Shown in pieces: positions 1 through 14,299 of a DNA stretch of 64,000 bases (position 1 is the stretch's first letter; each line of letters opens with the position of its first letter). Under the pieces are notes generated by a model. It made no database searches and was not told the DNA's origin. It saw only the letters and a list, made by a program, of their open reading frames with translations. The stretch is from Mobula hypostoma. Its lineage: Eukaryota. The position numbers were made by a program, and so were the translations under genes. The DNA lies in assembly GCF_963921235.1 (NCBI RefSeq), contig NC_086098.1, positions 9,362,001 through 9,426,000 on the forward strand, read 5' to 3'.

Positions 1-450
1 GCACCAGCCTACCTAGCATCAAGGACATGTATATGGAAAGCTGCTGGAAAAAGGCCAGTAACTTCATGAAAGATCCCACCCACCCTGCTCATAGACTATT
101 TATCCCACCCCCATCAGGTAGTAGGCTATGTAGCATCCGTACCATGACCACCAGACTCAAAAACAGTTACTTTCCACAACTGTAAGACTAATCAACACCT
201 CCACCCACTAACCCACCCCTTCACACCCCTCCACCACGACTATTTTATTATTTCCTGTCATCACCTTTATGTTCTGACATTCTTGTACCTAGCTTACTTT
301 ATGGACATACAATCAATGTATGTATATAAGCTGTCTTAAAGCTAAATGTTATTATTGTGTTTTTTATCTTATTGTGCATTTTTTGTGCTGCATTGGATCT
401 GGAGAAAGAGTCAGTTCGTTCTCCTTTACACTTGTTTACTGGAAATGACA
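1..450 (+). mobile_element. Rex1/Babar-type LINE 3' end
   Basis: Translates to SLPSIKDMY...KDPTHPAHRLF..PSG.RL.SIRT.TTRLKNSYFPQ, followed by a T-rich 3' UTR. Confidence 0.7.
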
Positions 451-555
451 TTCCAGTCCTGAAGAAGGGTCTCGGCCCAAAATGTCAATTGCTTATTCAT
501 TTAAAAAGATGCTGCCTGACCTGCTGAGTTCCTCTAGCATTTTGTGTGTGCTGCG
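451..555 (+). mobile_element. Penelope-like terminal fragment with degenerate hammerhead motif
   Basis: agtcCTGAAGAagggtctcggcccaaaatgtc...gatgctgcctgacctgctgagttcc. Confidence 0.75.
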
Positions 556-639
556 TTGAATCTTGAACTCAGTATTTCAAATCTGTACCAACTCTTTAAG
601 AAACGAGTCCAATTAGTACCAACCATCATTTTCTTTCTC

Positions 640-898
640 CATAATCCTGACCCGGATCTGGGGCCGTACCCTCCAAATATACGGACCTGCCTCTCAGTTT
701 TTTTGCAGTACCTTACTTCCCATTTTTCTATTTTCTATTTATGATTTATAATTTTAATTTTTAATATTTACTAATTTTAACTATTTTTAATATTTAGTAT
801 TTGTAATCCAGGGAGTGTGAAGCGCAGAATCAAATATCGCTGTGATGATTGTACGTTCTTGTACCAATTGTTTGGCGACAATAAAGTATAAAGTATAA
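640..898 (+). mobile_element. LINE 3' UTR fragment
   Basis: Ends in aataaagtataaagtataaa, a poly(A) signal plus short-repeat tail. Confidence 0.45.
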
Positions 899-3532
899 AC
901 CAGCGTATGTTTATTTTTCATTTTTGCCTTGGAGAGCTCTGGCCTTGTTGCACAGTCACTTGCATCAGTATAGTCACCACTTTTGTGCCAGTGGAGATCT
1001 GTTGATAGTTATCTTAGCATGAATGGAGAAATTCAATTCTGGTATAGAAGAAGGGAGTAAGCATGCCCAAATTCTTCTCCTAGACACTGGGTCAAAGTTC
1101 ATTTGAGGATATTCTTATTTTAATTAGTTGACCTACAATCTCTGATTTTTATTTCTGTGATATTTAGATATTTTTGCTTAATAAATGAAACACTAGTACA
1201 TTTTGATTCAGTAATCAGGTCACTGGCTCCAGTATGAATTCTGTTTTATGTCTAATTTATTGAAAAATACAGCCCTGTTTATGTTTCTTGTTGCAATGGA
1301 TTCTGACATTGTGCCATTTTATCTGAAGATCCTCATACAAAATTAAAGGCTGCTTTCCTACCTTGTCCCTTTTAAGTCAATCACTCACATATGATCAAAC
1401 CAGGAGCAATTCAGTCAGAAGTTGAACGTCTTTGCCGGTGCTCTGCAGAATTTGCCTTTGTTTGACATGAGAAATACTTGCATCACTTGGTCGGTGCTGT
1501 TATTTGTTATAAGGGAACAAAGGCCAAACTCTGCACAATGCAGGTCTGTGTGGCTATGTGTTGGATTTTGGCAGTGTTCCTGGACCTGCCATTGATTTTT
1601 GTGTATTTTATTATGTTATACATACAAAGTACTGACCTGCAATAGTTTCTGTTCCTCGTGTGCAGAGTAATATAAGCCTAAGCCGAGGGAACTGGTATTA
1701 GCATAAGTGTCCTAGTTCTGTCATTTTGATTAATTTGTCTCTTTGTCTGTACCCTATACCATGAGCTTTTACTACTGCAGAGCCTCATGTGTCAGTGGCT
1801 TCAAATTGTACTTTACTTCACCTTTTTTTTGTTTTTTCCCCCTTTTTCTTTATTATTTTTCTTATTCAGCACTTTTTGGAGATTTTTTTTCCACACATTT
1901 CCATTAATAGCTTGCTTTAATGCTACAGTAATCACATATGGTGCTGGATATTCATGAAGCGGTGATCTCAGGGGCAGCAGCTGCTGATGCAAGCTGAAAA
2001 TAGATCCAACATACCTTGTGTAGCTCTCCCAGAGGTCCCCTGTTTGCTGGTAACCGTCTCTGACTGAGAACACTCACTTCAATAAAACAAAAGGAAGAAA
2101 AGATGACGGGGCAATTCAGCTTAGCCTTCCAGGACAATGGAGAGTGAGCCTCTAATTGATGAACACCTTAGCTTTATATCTACATACAGTATTTCCGTTG
2201 GTATTAGAAATGTAGGTGAGGGTCAAAACCTTAAATTATTAATTAAACTTGTAAATTTTGTGGTGTTTTATAGGATGCCAAGAAATTTATTTCACCATCT
2301 GTATGACTAGAAATGACTCACTCTGTACTATTTTAATGCATCAGATTGAAGTAAATTTGTGGGAAGTATTATTACTTATGAAGCTAAAAATCCACAAGAG
2401 CTGCCAATTTGGCATTAGTAGCTTATTTTGAATGCCACAGTGGAAATAAAAGAATTTATATCTCTACTGTATCAGTATGACTAGTGACAGAAACAGTAAT
2501 AAAAACAGCCATTGGAACTTCATAGCCAAGAAATATTGACTCTACCTGGCACTGATAGACTACTGCAACCCTCACAAGAGCATAGCTGAATTTAATTACA
2601 ACCAGGAGAGTACTGCCGTTCAGTTAAGGTGAACATTTATGGTATTTGTTTTCTGATGATCCTTAATTATTTGTGTCAGGATAGAAGTGACAAATATCTG
2701 CATGTTGTGCAGGGACAGAACCATGCCAAACTTGATAACTGGATCCTTCTATATTAATCTGAGTAAGTTGCATGCACCATTGCCCAGAAAGTTACTCTGT
2801 ATTACATATGCCCAAGAACTGGAAAATCAGAGAAATCAGTATAAATTTATTACTGCCATAAACAGGAGTATCATGATGGCAGAAAATTCCTACTGTAATA
2901 GCCAAAGAATCTGGAGGTTCTACTGCAGAAGTGATACAAAAGCAAGTGGCCCTCATATATTATGAACGTATAGTTGCCACCCTAATTGATCCTCTGTACC
3001 AGATGGAGAAGTCCACAATTTTCTTCAAAGTCAAAATAAAGTATATTATCAAAGTACATGTAAGTACCATATACTACCTTGAAATTAATTTTTCTTGCAG
3101 GCATTTACAGGGAAATACAGAAATAACAGAAAATTTGTGGGGGGAAACTACATAAAGACTGACAATCAGCACATACATGTTTGAAAATAGTTGCATCCTT
3201 GAAGAAGTCGGATCACCATTGAGATCCAGGCACTAATGTGTTTTTTGGCACTACTGGAGGAGAGTAAAACTCCACTAATATATTTTCCAAATCTTCAGAT
3301 ATCCCGATTGTTCAGCGAGTATTGTTCCATGCATTCCCTTTTAAGTTGCCAGAGCCAGGACTCCATGATCACTGGGATTATGGTTTACTCCGCCCACTTT
3401 AAATTTATTGGGGCCATGGTTCTCAAGATCCTTTAGCCTCACTGAGGCCATGGATTCTGCGCTCTTTTGAAATTGACTGCTACCCTCATTTCCATGCTTC
3501 ATTCAAACTCGTCTTGGCTCTGGATCTCTGAT

Positions 3533-3790
3533 CCCTCTGAACTCACTGGAACCCTATTCCCATTTTCCCCTCCGAACTCACTGGGATCCTATTCCCATTT
3601 CTCCTCTGAACTCACTGTGCAACCTTTCCCATTTCCCCTCTGAATTCATTGAGACCCCATTCCCACTTTCCTCTAAGCTCACTGGGACCCCATTCCCATT
3701 TTCCCTCTGAACTCGTGAGGACTCCATTCCTATTTTCCTTCTAACTTCAGGAGGGCTGCATTCCCATTCATCCTTACCTGTACCTCATTT
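3533..3790. repeat. Degenerate minisatellite, about 35-bp unit, about 7 copies
   Basis: Repeated ccctctgaactcactgggaccccattcccatttt-like unit. Confidence 0.85.
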
Positions 3791-5809
3791 CCCCCACCCC
3801 CTTTAAACTTAATGGATTCAATAGAAAATGTATTATTCTACTATGTAATTTTTAAAGAATAAGTAAATTGAGAGCCGCAATAACTTCCAATCATCTGTGC
3901 ACTCTGCCAGTCTGGCATGTCAAATGTGTTAGTTTAACCAAGCCATACTGTATTGGACTTCAATTCTGAGTGTTTCCAAAAAGTTTATGTGAGTCAGATA
4001 ATCTAAATCAGTTTAATTTGGGAAAACATGAGTTTTAACAGCTTATTGCTAAGTTCCATGTCCAAAGCAGGTAACATAATTGCACATTCATAGCCAGTTG
4101 TGTGGTCGAAGTGTAACAATTCCTTTCAATTGCTTTGATTATATTGTTCAATTATTCCCTTGAGCCTAAATACACAAATTACAACATTTGGATGTGAGCA
4201 GGTAACATTATATCTCAGTGATGAATGTCACTCATCAAGGAGCATTTTAGTTTACAGTAGGTAATGAGGGAACAGTTATTTTTTTCCAGACATATTAACC
4301 ACTTCTAATGTTACAATCCAAATTATGACCAAATGAAGTTTAATATTGAACGGAACTTATAAAGTGGAATTTTTTGTGCAGTGTTATCTTTTCTTTTTAA
4401 TCTTGGACCTCTATTTGTTGTTCTCTTCGCTTCAGACTAAGTAATATCGAACACAATCTCTCAGTTCCTGGTAATTGCAGAGATGTTGAAAGATTGGGGA
4501 ATGTAAGTAGTATTCCATTTTTCCCACAGCACGAGAGTGAAACAACATCCTGAGTCTGCAAGGCAACTTAGGGGACTCCACCACAACCAGTTTGTGGCTT
4601 GATATTTTGCACAAGTCATCAGCCTCCTTTCATGAAAACAAATGATCACATTTGAAGGAGAGGCATGAGAATGGAGTTACAGGGTTCTCCTGGTCAACAT
4701 TTGCGTATTACACCTTGTATAACATTGCTTTTCCTCGATTCTCGTGTCTCCCATACCTCACCTGCTAAAGCTGCAGTGGATTATTAAGAAATTCCACAAT
4801 TAATTCAAGTTCAACTTCAGATTCATTGTCTTTCAACCATACTTTTAGTACAGCTAAGTGAAACATCATTTCTATGGGGCCAAGGTGCAAAACGTAGTAC
4901 ATTTAGTCGTGTGAGCACATATAGTTATGATGCAGCATACACAGGTACAAAATACTATTACCACAAGTCCCAGAATGACATGGCCTGAAGATTGACAGAT
5001 TGGTATAAGTGCAAGGTGCATATTTATGTCAGACAGTATAATGTTATTGGCACTATTATAATAAAACAAGCAGTCATATAAATATGTCAAACAGTAGCAA
5101 TAAAAGATGACTGGTGCAGGAGGAGAGTGTGTCAGTGAGCTGAGGAGTGAGTGTTGGAGGCAGGTCATTCTGGCGGGGTGTACGTGTGTGCTGGGTGGCA
5201 GCAATTCACCCAAATTGTAATATTATATGCCTAAAATTGATCTGTCCAGCCTCCTCATCGAACAGCACTTCTAAAAGGAATATCAACCTGGGTAATTTCA
5301 TTGTTTCACCTACTCTTCATACATTTTATATTGCCTAATTCTCTTGACTTCTTTTGGAAGAATTGAGGTGGGCAATGGTGTGGAGCAAGCTCAGACACAT
5401 TACTGCAGTGTAATTTATTTAGCGGGCATACGGGATGAAGTATAATAATTTCTAGTATTCCATATCACTTTATTGGAGGAATATCTGCTTTGGATCATCT
5501 TACGAAAGTGAGTGATAAAATATTGCAAACACCCTACTCCTGCACCTCTGGAGGCTTGGATCCCACAAAATGGCAATTATGCCTGCCTGTGCATTTTCAC
5601 TGGTGATAAGCAAGACGTGCCATCTAATTAATTCCAATGACAAAACACGCAACGGTGAGACACAAAATGCTAATCATGCTCCTGAACATGTATATGCACT
5701 GTGCATTCATCTTTTCCTTCACCTCTCCTCAAGAGACAGAATATTGGACTGTGTGGAAATAGCAATGATTGTCAATGGAGTGCTTAAAGATGGTGATTAT
5801 CATGATTTG

Positions 5810-6125
5810 TTCGTTCATTATGTTCCGTGTTTTATGACGTGGGCGATCATGGTCATTCTATGACCATGATTTTTCTTGGCAAATTTTTCTACAGAAGTGG
5901 TTTGCCATTACCTTCTTCTGGGCAGTGTCTCACTGCAGTTATCAATACACTCTGAAGATTATCTGCCTGGCGTCAATGGTCCCATAACCAGGACTTATGA
6001 TATGCACCAGTTGCTCATACGAGCATCCACCACCTGCTTCTGTGGCATCTCGTGACCCCATCCAGGCTCGTGTTCAGAAGGAACATCTTACACCTCCTTT
6101 GGTAAGGATGTATATTGACCCCACC
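5810..6125 (-). mobile_element. SINE-like interspersed repeat (same family as 55195-55290 plus 58780-59050)
   Basis: Its reverse complement matches the sequence flanking the tandem CR1 insertion (e.g. atcatggtcatagaa.gaccatgatc.cccacgtc). Confidence 0.65.
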
Positions 6126-6703
6126 TCCATCATGATTATATTGGTTAAACTTATCAAGGGCACAAAATAAACTGTGGTAAATAGCTATAGCATATAGCAT
6201 CTAATGCATTGAGCAGAAGAACAGATTTGAGTGTCAAATAGTCATTGCTGAGAGGAAGTTCCTGTAACCACAATTGTTAACTAGATGTTTTTAATATTGA
6301 ACAAACACATTAAAGGACCTACCCATAATTTCAGCTCAAAACCAGTGAATATCGGTGACATGCCAAATCTCTTTATTATGCAAAATCTGCACTTTTAATG
6401 CAAAAACCTGATTATTTTTCTATACTCTTGAAATACATATTTGATAACAATATAAAAATGTTAATTTTCTGTGTTGAACATCCCTTTTTACTTTTTTTGC
6501 ATAATTTTTGAAAGTAGTTTGTTCAATTATGTATGTGTGTTTTGAGCAAACTATTCAGAACATATCTTGAAATATAGCATCAAAGCTATTCATATTGTGC
6601 CATGAGGTATATTTCATACTTGTGAGGAGAAATATTTGTAACCAAGAATCAGTTCCAGAGAAGAGACTTGTTTTAGAATCGAACATGTCCATTTGTTGGG
6701 TAT

Positions 6704-6935
6704 GGGCAGCATGGTAGTGTAGAGGTAACGCTAAGTTCCTGCACACCAGTGATCCAGGTTCAATTCTGCTGCTGCCTTGAAGGAGCTTGTACATTTTCTC
6801 CATTGTCATGTGTTTCCTGTGGATGCTGCAGTTTCCTCACACATTTTAAAGATGTACAGGTTAGTAGGTCAGTTGGTCACATGGGTGTATTGTGTGTGTA
6901 GCCTCATTGGGCTAGAAGGCATCTCTAAATAACTA
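6704..6935 (+). mobile_element. tRNA-derived V-SINE (HE1-like)
   Basis: tRNA-like head with B box ggttcaattc, then V-domain-like gtttcct..ggatgctgcagtttcctcacacattttaaagatgtacaggttag. Confidence 0.7.
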
Positions 6936-9009
6936 AGTAACTCACATTCATTAAGGAGGCTCTTCCTTTTGTCTCCTCTCTTCACTCTCATAGACATAAA
7001 AGATTCTGTGATGTTATTTAAAAGAGATGTCCTGGACATAATTCACTCATCACTGAACATCACTGAAACAAAATAGTTGCAAAATGCAGCTTTGTAGCAC
7101 CTGTTGTTTGTGCTGTGTGGGGACTGAATCTGTTTCAATGCTGCCATCAATGTCTGAACAGATGTGTGCTCCAAACGGTTGGACGTCACCATATTGGTGC
7201 CAATACTGATGCACGGAGGTCTGGTAGCCTGTGGAAGAATACATAGGTGCCAGGTCACAACCTTATACCATTACTTCTATCATCAGGTAGACATTTACTA
7301 ACTTCTCAACAAATGCTGACTTTGCCACTGAAGCCTCTGAACTGGTATTGATTTATTGCTGTTACATTTATCAAGATACAGCGAAAAGGTTGTCTTATGT
7401 ACTGTTAATACAGATCATTTTATTGAGGTAGAATAAGGTAAAACAATAACAATGGATAATAAAGTGCAAAATCTACTGTAAAAATGAAGTGCAGATAAAC
7501 GATAAAGTGCAAGATCATAATGAGGTAGATTGTGACATCTTGGTCTATTTCATTGCAAAAGAGAACCATTCAAGAGCCTGATAACAGTGAGATTGAAGCT
7601 ATCCTTGAGACTTGTGGTGCGTACCTTCGGACTTTTGTATCTCCATTGAACAGTTCCCTGCTTTCTGATATTCATTTCTAGAGCACTAGAGAAAGATCAT
7701 TTAATTGCTCACTTATCTTGAAAGATTGTTGCTTCCCACCATCTTCACCTATAATGTAGTTGCTGTACATCCAGTCCTTCTCTGAGTCAGCTCTCGTGTT
7801 GTGTCGATTCCACCTCTGCAGTTTTTCCCGCTGTGAATGGTTTGCATTGACAGTTCACTCTGATTGGAGGTTCTAGAGTTGGATTTGCTTTATCGAAGGA
7901 ACAGGTATGCTGCAGATCACTGCCATTGCACACTTAGCACTCATCTGGTACTGACTTTCTTCCTCTCACAGAGCTCTCACTCCAATTTCTTAACTTAAGC
8001 TTTCATTTTCATTGTCATTTCTATTCCACTGTTATCAGACTCTTGAATGGACCATGTTGTCTGGAACTTAGCTCTTCATAGGGCCACACTACTACTCTTG
8101 AATGGACCCCTTGTAGGATACAATGGACCTGAGACCTCACAATCTACCTCATTATGATCATTTACCTGTACTTCACCTTTTTTGGTAGCTTTTACATTTT
8201 ATTGTTCATTGTTATTGTTTTATTGTTCCTTCTCAATGGCCGATTTCATTTTCATTGTCAATTCTATCAAGATTACAATCAGATAATCCTAGTCAAATCA
8301 AAGACTCCTCAGGATCTCCTTCACGATCTGAGCTACATGTAAAACCCAGCAGTGCACAGTTTAAAAGTTCACCAAAAGTTAACAATGTCTGGATAAATCT
8401 TTTCATGCTGTAATGTAATTACTGATTGTTTCTCCTGATCCTTGATCCTTCTCGCTAAACTACCAACCCTCGTCTTCTTCAAATAGCAGTCTACTGAAAT
8501 AATCGTCCAACAACATTATTTCCCTGAGTGAAACATCTTTTACTGTACTGTGCTGTTGCCAGTTTAATAAGTGAGTAGTCATCACAAACCAGTCTTAAAT
8601 CAATAAGATAACTCATTATATGCTTTGAAACAATATTTTGTGCCTGCAGATTTGCAATGTTTTAGCCATTAAGAAATTCCATCCTTTCCAATGCTTTGTG
8701 AAGGACTTGTATTCACTTGTAAGTTGCTTGGCTAACCTGAATTTGAACTGCTATATGGTTCTGTTTCCCAACTAAACAGAGATGCCAATGCTCTTCTGTC
8801 CTGTGTGTTTAATCTACTCGGTAATTATAACACAGAAGACCATTCATTCCATTGTGTCTGTGCACAAATCCCAGCCCAGCAACCTTATCAGTTCCACTTA
8901 ATGCTCTTCCTTTCCTCTAACTCTGTAACTCGTTCTCTTGCATACTCTCCTTTGCATTAACCACTTTTAAAATAACTTTGAGATATGTGTTTGAGTACAT
9001 TCTGCCCAG

Positions 9010-9615
9010 AGGTCAGTGATCAGTGGTACTCTGGAACCCCTGCTCTTTATGATCTTTATAAATGACTTGCATGGGAAAGTGGAAGGGTGGATTGGTAAGT
9101 TTGCAGATGACGTGAAGCTTGCTGATGTTGTGGATAGTGTAGAAGGTTGTCACAGGACACTGACAGGATGCAGACCTGATTCACTTTGGAAGTTTGAATT
9201 CCGAAGCTGAATACAGGGTTAATGGAAGGATTCCTAACAGTGTGGAAGAGCAGAAGGTTCTTGGGGTCCATGTCCATTGATTTCTCAAAGTTGCTATGCA
9301 AGTTGATAGGGTGGTAATGAATAATAGTGGGGAGTATAACCATAGGTGTTTGGAGGAAAGTAAGGAGGCATGTCAGAGGTAGGTTTGTTTTTTTTAGACG
9401 CAGAGAGTGGTGGATGCATGGAATGCACTGCCGGGGTCGTGGTAGAGGCAGAAACGTGGGGCATTTAGAGGCATTAGAGACTTGGATAGAGGCATGAATG
9501 AAAGAAAAATATAGAGGGTTATGTGAGAAGGAAGGGTTATATTGATCTTGGAGTAAGTTAAAGGGTCAGGACAACATCGTGGGCTGAAAGGCTTGAATTG
9601 TGCTGTACTATTCAA
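9010..9615 (+). mobile_element. Decayed CR1 LINE RT and 3' end
   Basis: LEPLLFMIFINDL...KFADDVKL motif; tttttagacgcagagagtggtggatgcatggaatgcactgcc. Confidence 0.8.
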
Positions 9616-11109
9616 TGAAAGAAAATGGGAGGTCATGAGGGAAACCCAGATGGTTTACAGACAGAACGTGCAAACTGCGTGCAGACAGCACCTGAGGCCA
9701 GGATCGAACGCAGACTGCTTGGACCATAATACAGCAGCACTATTTTGTGGAGCTATTGTTTAGTGTTCTGTATTCACCATTACATGGTACGTGGTATGCA
9801 GTGCTACATGGTATAGATTGCTCAGGTTTACAGGCCAACACCTGAGCTTTTCTCAGCTTCATCGGTAAAGTTTTCAGGTACTGTCTTCCAGTTCTCAATA
9901 GCTGCTTCGAAGAGCTTCTTTCAACTGTTCTTTCTGAAGTTGCCTTGCAGTTTTTGTGACCAGTTGTAAAGTAATCAGAGATATTTTGTAAGCCAGTTTT
10001 GTAGTGCTGGTAAGTACAGTACATAATAATCTCCAGGATCTTCAGAATACTTCATGTAACGTTCACATGTAACCCATTTACACATTTTCAGAGTAATACA
10101 CGACTTTCTGTCTCCACCACGGGAGACTTTCTGATGCAGGTGTCTGACTGTCATGGGGATTGTGCCCTTGAAGGCTGTCATTTTGAGTGCTGGGAAATGG
10201 TACAGAAGTTGCTTTACGGTAATACAACTCCCCTTGGGTCCATGCCGGTCACGATTCAGTGCATTGTTTTTAGATAGAAACTGCATTAATCCTGTGGTAC
10301 ACTTACTTTCAACCAATTTTGAGACTTTGGTAACTTAATTTAGCACAAACGCGATATGCAACAAAGTTTTGTTGTACCATAAGGGTGAAACAAAATTTCT
10401 AGATAGTTTCTAGATGTGCCAGTGCTCAGGAAGGGCAAAGTATTTCATTACTATTTGGCCTTGAAGTTGCATGATTGAATACTAATTTGTTACCATGTTT
10501 ATCTGATATTTGTTCTTCATCTGACTTAATTGAAGTGCCCACTTATTTATTTTTTAAGCAGTTTCATACTGCCAAGAAATTTCCAAAGAATACATTAATT
10601 GCTTCTGTAGCAATAACTCAAGATGCAACTTCAAGGCCAAAATATCTTCAATTACTTTTTAGGAAGGAATCATGAGCATGATTAATGTGCATCAGAATTT
10701 AGTACCAAATGCTTTATGATATCGTTCAAATGGAAGTGGTATGTACTTTTCCTGACTCACTAGTCTCCCAATGAAACAGTTTCCCAAAATTTTTATCATC
10801 AAAGCTGTAAGAAGCTGCAAGAACATTGAGCTTGTTTCCATCTTCAAATCTGAACTGTAGCTGTGCCATCGCAGAAAGTTTAATAATTTGATTAAAGGAC
10901 CTCTGCTTGTCAGCTGTTTCCTATTGAAGTCAGAAACTCCAATCGAAACTATGTAGTGTACATTATAGTAAAGACATATGTGCAATCTCACTTATATATT
11001 AATCTGTTTAGATAACTGTTAAGCTATTGATAGTTCACACACAATATAATACAGGTTTCCTGCTATCCTGATTCTTTCCTTAATCAACCTCCCATTGGTA
11101 ACTCAACAG

Positions 11110-11398
11110 TTGCCATGATACTTTACACCACCAGCTGCAAGATCAGGGTCCGATTCCCGCTGTTGACTCTAAGTTTATATGTTCTCGTGACCGAAAGGGT
11201 TACTTCCGGATGCCCTGGTTTCCCACATTTACAAAGATGTACGTTTAAGGTCAATAAGTTGTGGTCATGCTATGTTGACACAAAAAGCACGGTAACAACT
11301 GCCCAGCGCAATCCTCAGTGATTTGATTTGATGTAAATGATGTATTTTGCTGTATGTTTCAATGTACATATGATAAATAAAGCTAATCTTTAATCTTA
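11110..11398 (+). mobile_element. V-SINE
   Basis: gggttacttccggatgccctggtttcccacat...aataaagctaatctttaatctt tail. Confidence 0.7.
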
Positions 11399-11400
11399 TC

Positions 11401-11642
11401 ACAAATAAGAGAAAATCTGCAGATGCTGGAGATCCAAGCAACACACACAAAATGCTGGAGGAACTCAGCAAGCCAGGCAGCTTCCATGGAAAAGAGTGAA
11501 CAGTTGACATTTAGGGCCGAGACCCTTCAGCAGGATCATTGTGACATTTCCTGCTGAAGGGTCTCGACCTGAAACGTCGACTGTACTTTTTTTCCATAGA
11601 TGCTGCCTGGCCTGCTAAGTTCTTCCAACAATTTGTTTGTGC
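11401..11642. mobile_element. Penelope-like fold-back element (inverted hammerhead-type arms)
   Basis: Minus arm 11401-11535, 13-nt spacer, plus arm 11549-11642. Confidence 0.8.
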
Positions 11643-12281
11643 AATCTTTTTCAAAAACAAACTGTTCATTCATCTGTGGAGTCTTCAGAAACCACATAAA
11701 CTGGCTGCTGCATTCACTTCCATGACTGCAGTTCAGAGTAATGCAATGAATGGCAGCCTCTGGAACAGTCCTGTGATACCTAATGCCATATCAAAATAAA
11801 TTTGGTTTTCTTTCTAATTGAAACCAAGTCTATGCCCCTTAGCTAAATTGCTCCTATTTTTGGTGGAGTATAAACATGGATACCCAAAAAGAACATCACC
11901 TAAAAGCTATGGTCTTCCTCATCCTCTTTTTATTACTGCTGCTCTTCAGGCTTCATCTCATGGCAGCCCTCTTTGATGTCCTGGTCTGCTTTCTCCTCTA
12001 ACATCAATTTCTGATGGTGCTGTTGAAAGATGGCGATATTTTGCAGGCAGCTTACAAAAGTTCTAAATACAGTATACTACTTCCAATTACTTTCACTGCT
12101 TTCTGACTACTGTGACTGGAATTTCACTGTAAGTAATGTACATTTGGTCTTTGGACTTTCACAACTTTGAAGGATTTGACAGCATACAGTGCAGAGCAAG
12201 GAAGTTGACTTCCAGTAGACGTGTACTGAACTGGGGTAGGTAGTGAAACCTCACATTGAGGACACCAGTTGCATCCTCCTC

Positions 12282-13176
12282 TGTCACATGGGGGCATTGG
12301 TGGTGGACCCAAATGCAAGACACAGACACTGAAGTACTAGGAACAGGACTTCACTAGAGAGCTGGGACAAGAACACAGACTTGGGCTAGGACTTTGGCTA
12401 GGAAAGCAGAACTGGCACAAGGAACTAGGAACTAGGAGCCTGGGCTTGGACTCCAAGCCAGAGACTGGACAAGGACCCAGAACCTGGGTCTTGACTGGGG
12501 CTCAGACTCCAGAACTAGACAAAGACATGATGTGGCTACAGGACTGGAGGAGGCTTGGATTCTTCAAGGCTTTCCTGGGCAGGACAAAGTACTCCTGGGC
12601 TGGGTGAGGCACAACAACAGGACGAGACCCCGAAGCCTTGACTTGGTCTTGAGAGAATAGGAACGTGGAACACAGAGCTGGGACCCCTCCTTGGGAACAG
12701 GACTTGGGGCCAGGGCTCTACAGAGTCAGGACCTCTCCTAGGGAGCAGGACATAGGGCCAGGACTCATACACAGAACACAGAGAGACAGTTTTCAAAACA
12801 AGGTAGCAGCAAACAGCCAGACCTTCCTAGCAAAGGCAAGGGCACAAAGAGACAGTTCCAAACAACAATAGACACTTCCTTATTTTGCTCCAGTGGTTGA
12901 ACTTGATAGCAGTGCAGGCAAGGCTCCAGGCACTGGTTGCAGGGCAAGACTTCAGGTGGAAGGAGCAGAGATGGGATTCAGACAGAGGGTTTGGACAGGA
13001 ACAATCCAGCAACTGAAGCTGAACCAAGGAGCTATTTATGTAGCCAGTCCAAAATGTGAATCAGCTGCCTCAATTAGAGCACCAAGCAGAAAAAGGGAAA
13101 ACCAGAAAACCTGGAATAAGGAATGATGGACCGGATTGTGAACCGGAATCCAGACTTCATGGACCAGACCATAACA
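12282..13176 (-). mobile_element. Solo LTR (probably Gypsy or ERV type)
   Basis: TG...CA termini (tgtcac...ataaca); 5-bp TSD TCCTC at 12277-12281 and 13177-13181; TATA-like ATAAATA on the minus strand near 13035; internal short repeats. Confidence 0.75.
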
Positions 13177-14107
13177 TCCTCGTACTTGTGTGGCTTTTGT
13201 TGTATCTGCAGTCAGCTGTGATTACAAAGCACTGTGGTGTGAGTAACCAGACAATTGAGGCGAGCCCCTACACATCAGGATCCATTGGTCTAATTGTTAT
13301 AAATATTCAGCAATGCAGACTCCCTCGGGTTGAAGGAGTCACATATGCTTTGTGGAAATATAGCATTCACTATGAGGAATTTCCAATGATCCATGGGATG
13401 CTGCACATTTTCTGCTGGAGAAAATGTCTGTGCTTTTCAGGGGAGCTCTTATGGGAATGTGCTGCCTACCTTTGTAGGAAGCCTGGAGAGCTGGCAAATC
13501 CCAGTGTCCCAGATATCATCTGAGATCTTAGTAATTAAATTTTACCATAAAAGTAGTGCTTAAGACAGTGGTGAGCAACAATTTGGAAGACATGTTAGGA
13601 AAAAACTTGACAACCTCTTGGAAAAACTCCTTTTGTAAAGGGAGTTGAGAGTTAAAGTGACTTTGATCTCCACCATCCCACAGGAGAGTGTGGCCAAAGG
13701 TCATCATGCCCTTGGAAGAGCTGAACTTGCTGGCTCGGAGGTCTAGGTAGGATGTTGTGTCTCTGAAAAGTCTCAGTTGGCTCTTCTGAGATGGAAAATT
13801 CTCTGCCTTCGGCCTAAAGACTTCACCTACCCTGTCTGGCCAAACTTGAACATAATGGCACCTTCAATAATGTGGTAATGCCAGTGGTATTGCATTTTAA
13901 GATCCCCAAAACCAAATATTTCAGCTGCAAATTGCTAGAAAGAAAATACACCTTATAAGTTTAAGTAAATTGTGGACTTTAAAAATGTTTAAGAAGATTG
14001 TGATGAGATTTCCACCATCAGCAGTGTAACTCTTTAAATTGTAAACAACACACATCAAAGTTGCTGGTGAACGCAGCAGGCCAAGCGGCATCTGTAGGAA
14101 GAGGTGC

Positions 14108-14143
14108 AGTCGACGTTTCAGGCCGAGACTCTTCGTCAGGACT
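14108..14143 (-). ncRNA. Minimal hammerhead ribozyme motif (antisense arm)
   Basis: Reverse complement reads AGTC-CTGACGA-AGA(gtctcgg)CCT-GAAAC-GTC/GACT; one stem II mismatch. Confidence 0.65.
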
Positions 14144-14299
14144 AACTGAAGGAAGAGTGAGTAAGGGATTTGAAAGTTGGAGGGGGAGGGGGAGATCCAA
14201 AATGATAGGAGGAGTTTCCCCTTCCTGTCTTCTCCTATCATTTTGGATCTCCCCCTCCCCCTCCAACTTTCAAATCCCTTACTCACTCTTCCTTCAGTT

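Noticed and set aside
3533..3790. Regular ~35-bp repeats as a CRISPR array
   Set aside because: Units are contiguous and degenerate with no unique spacers and no cas genes; this is a vertebrate minisatellite.
12536..13523. Overlapping short ORFs as retroviral gag/env
   Set aside because: They lie in or next to the solo LTR and show no recognisable retroviral motifs.
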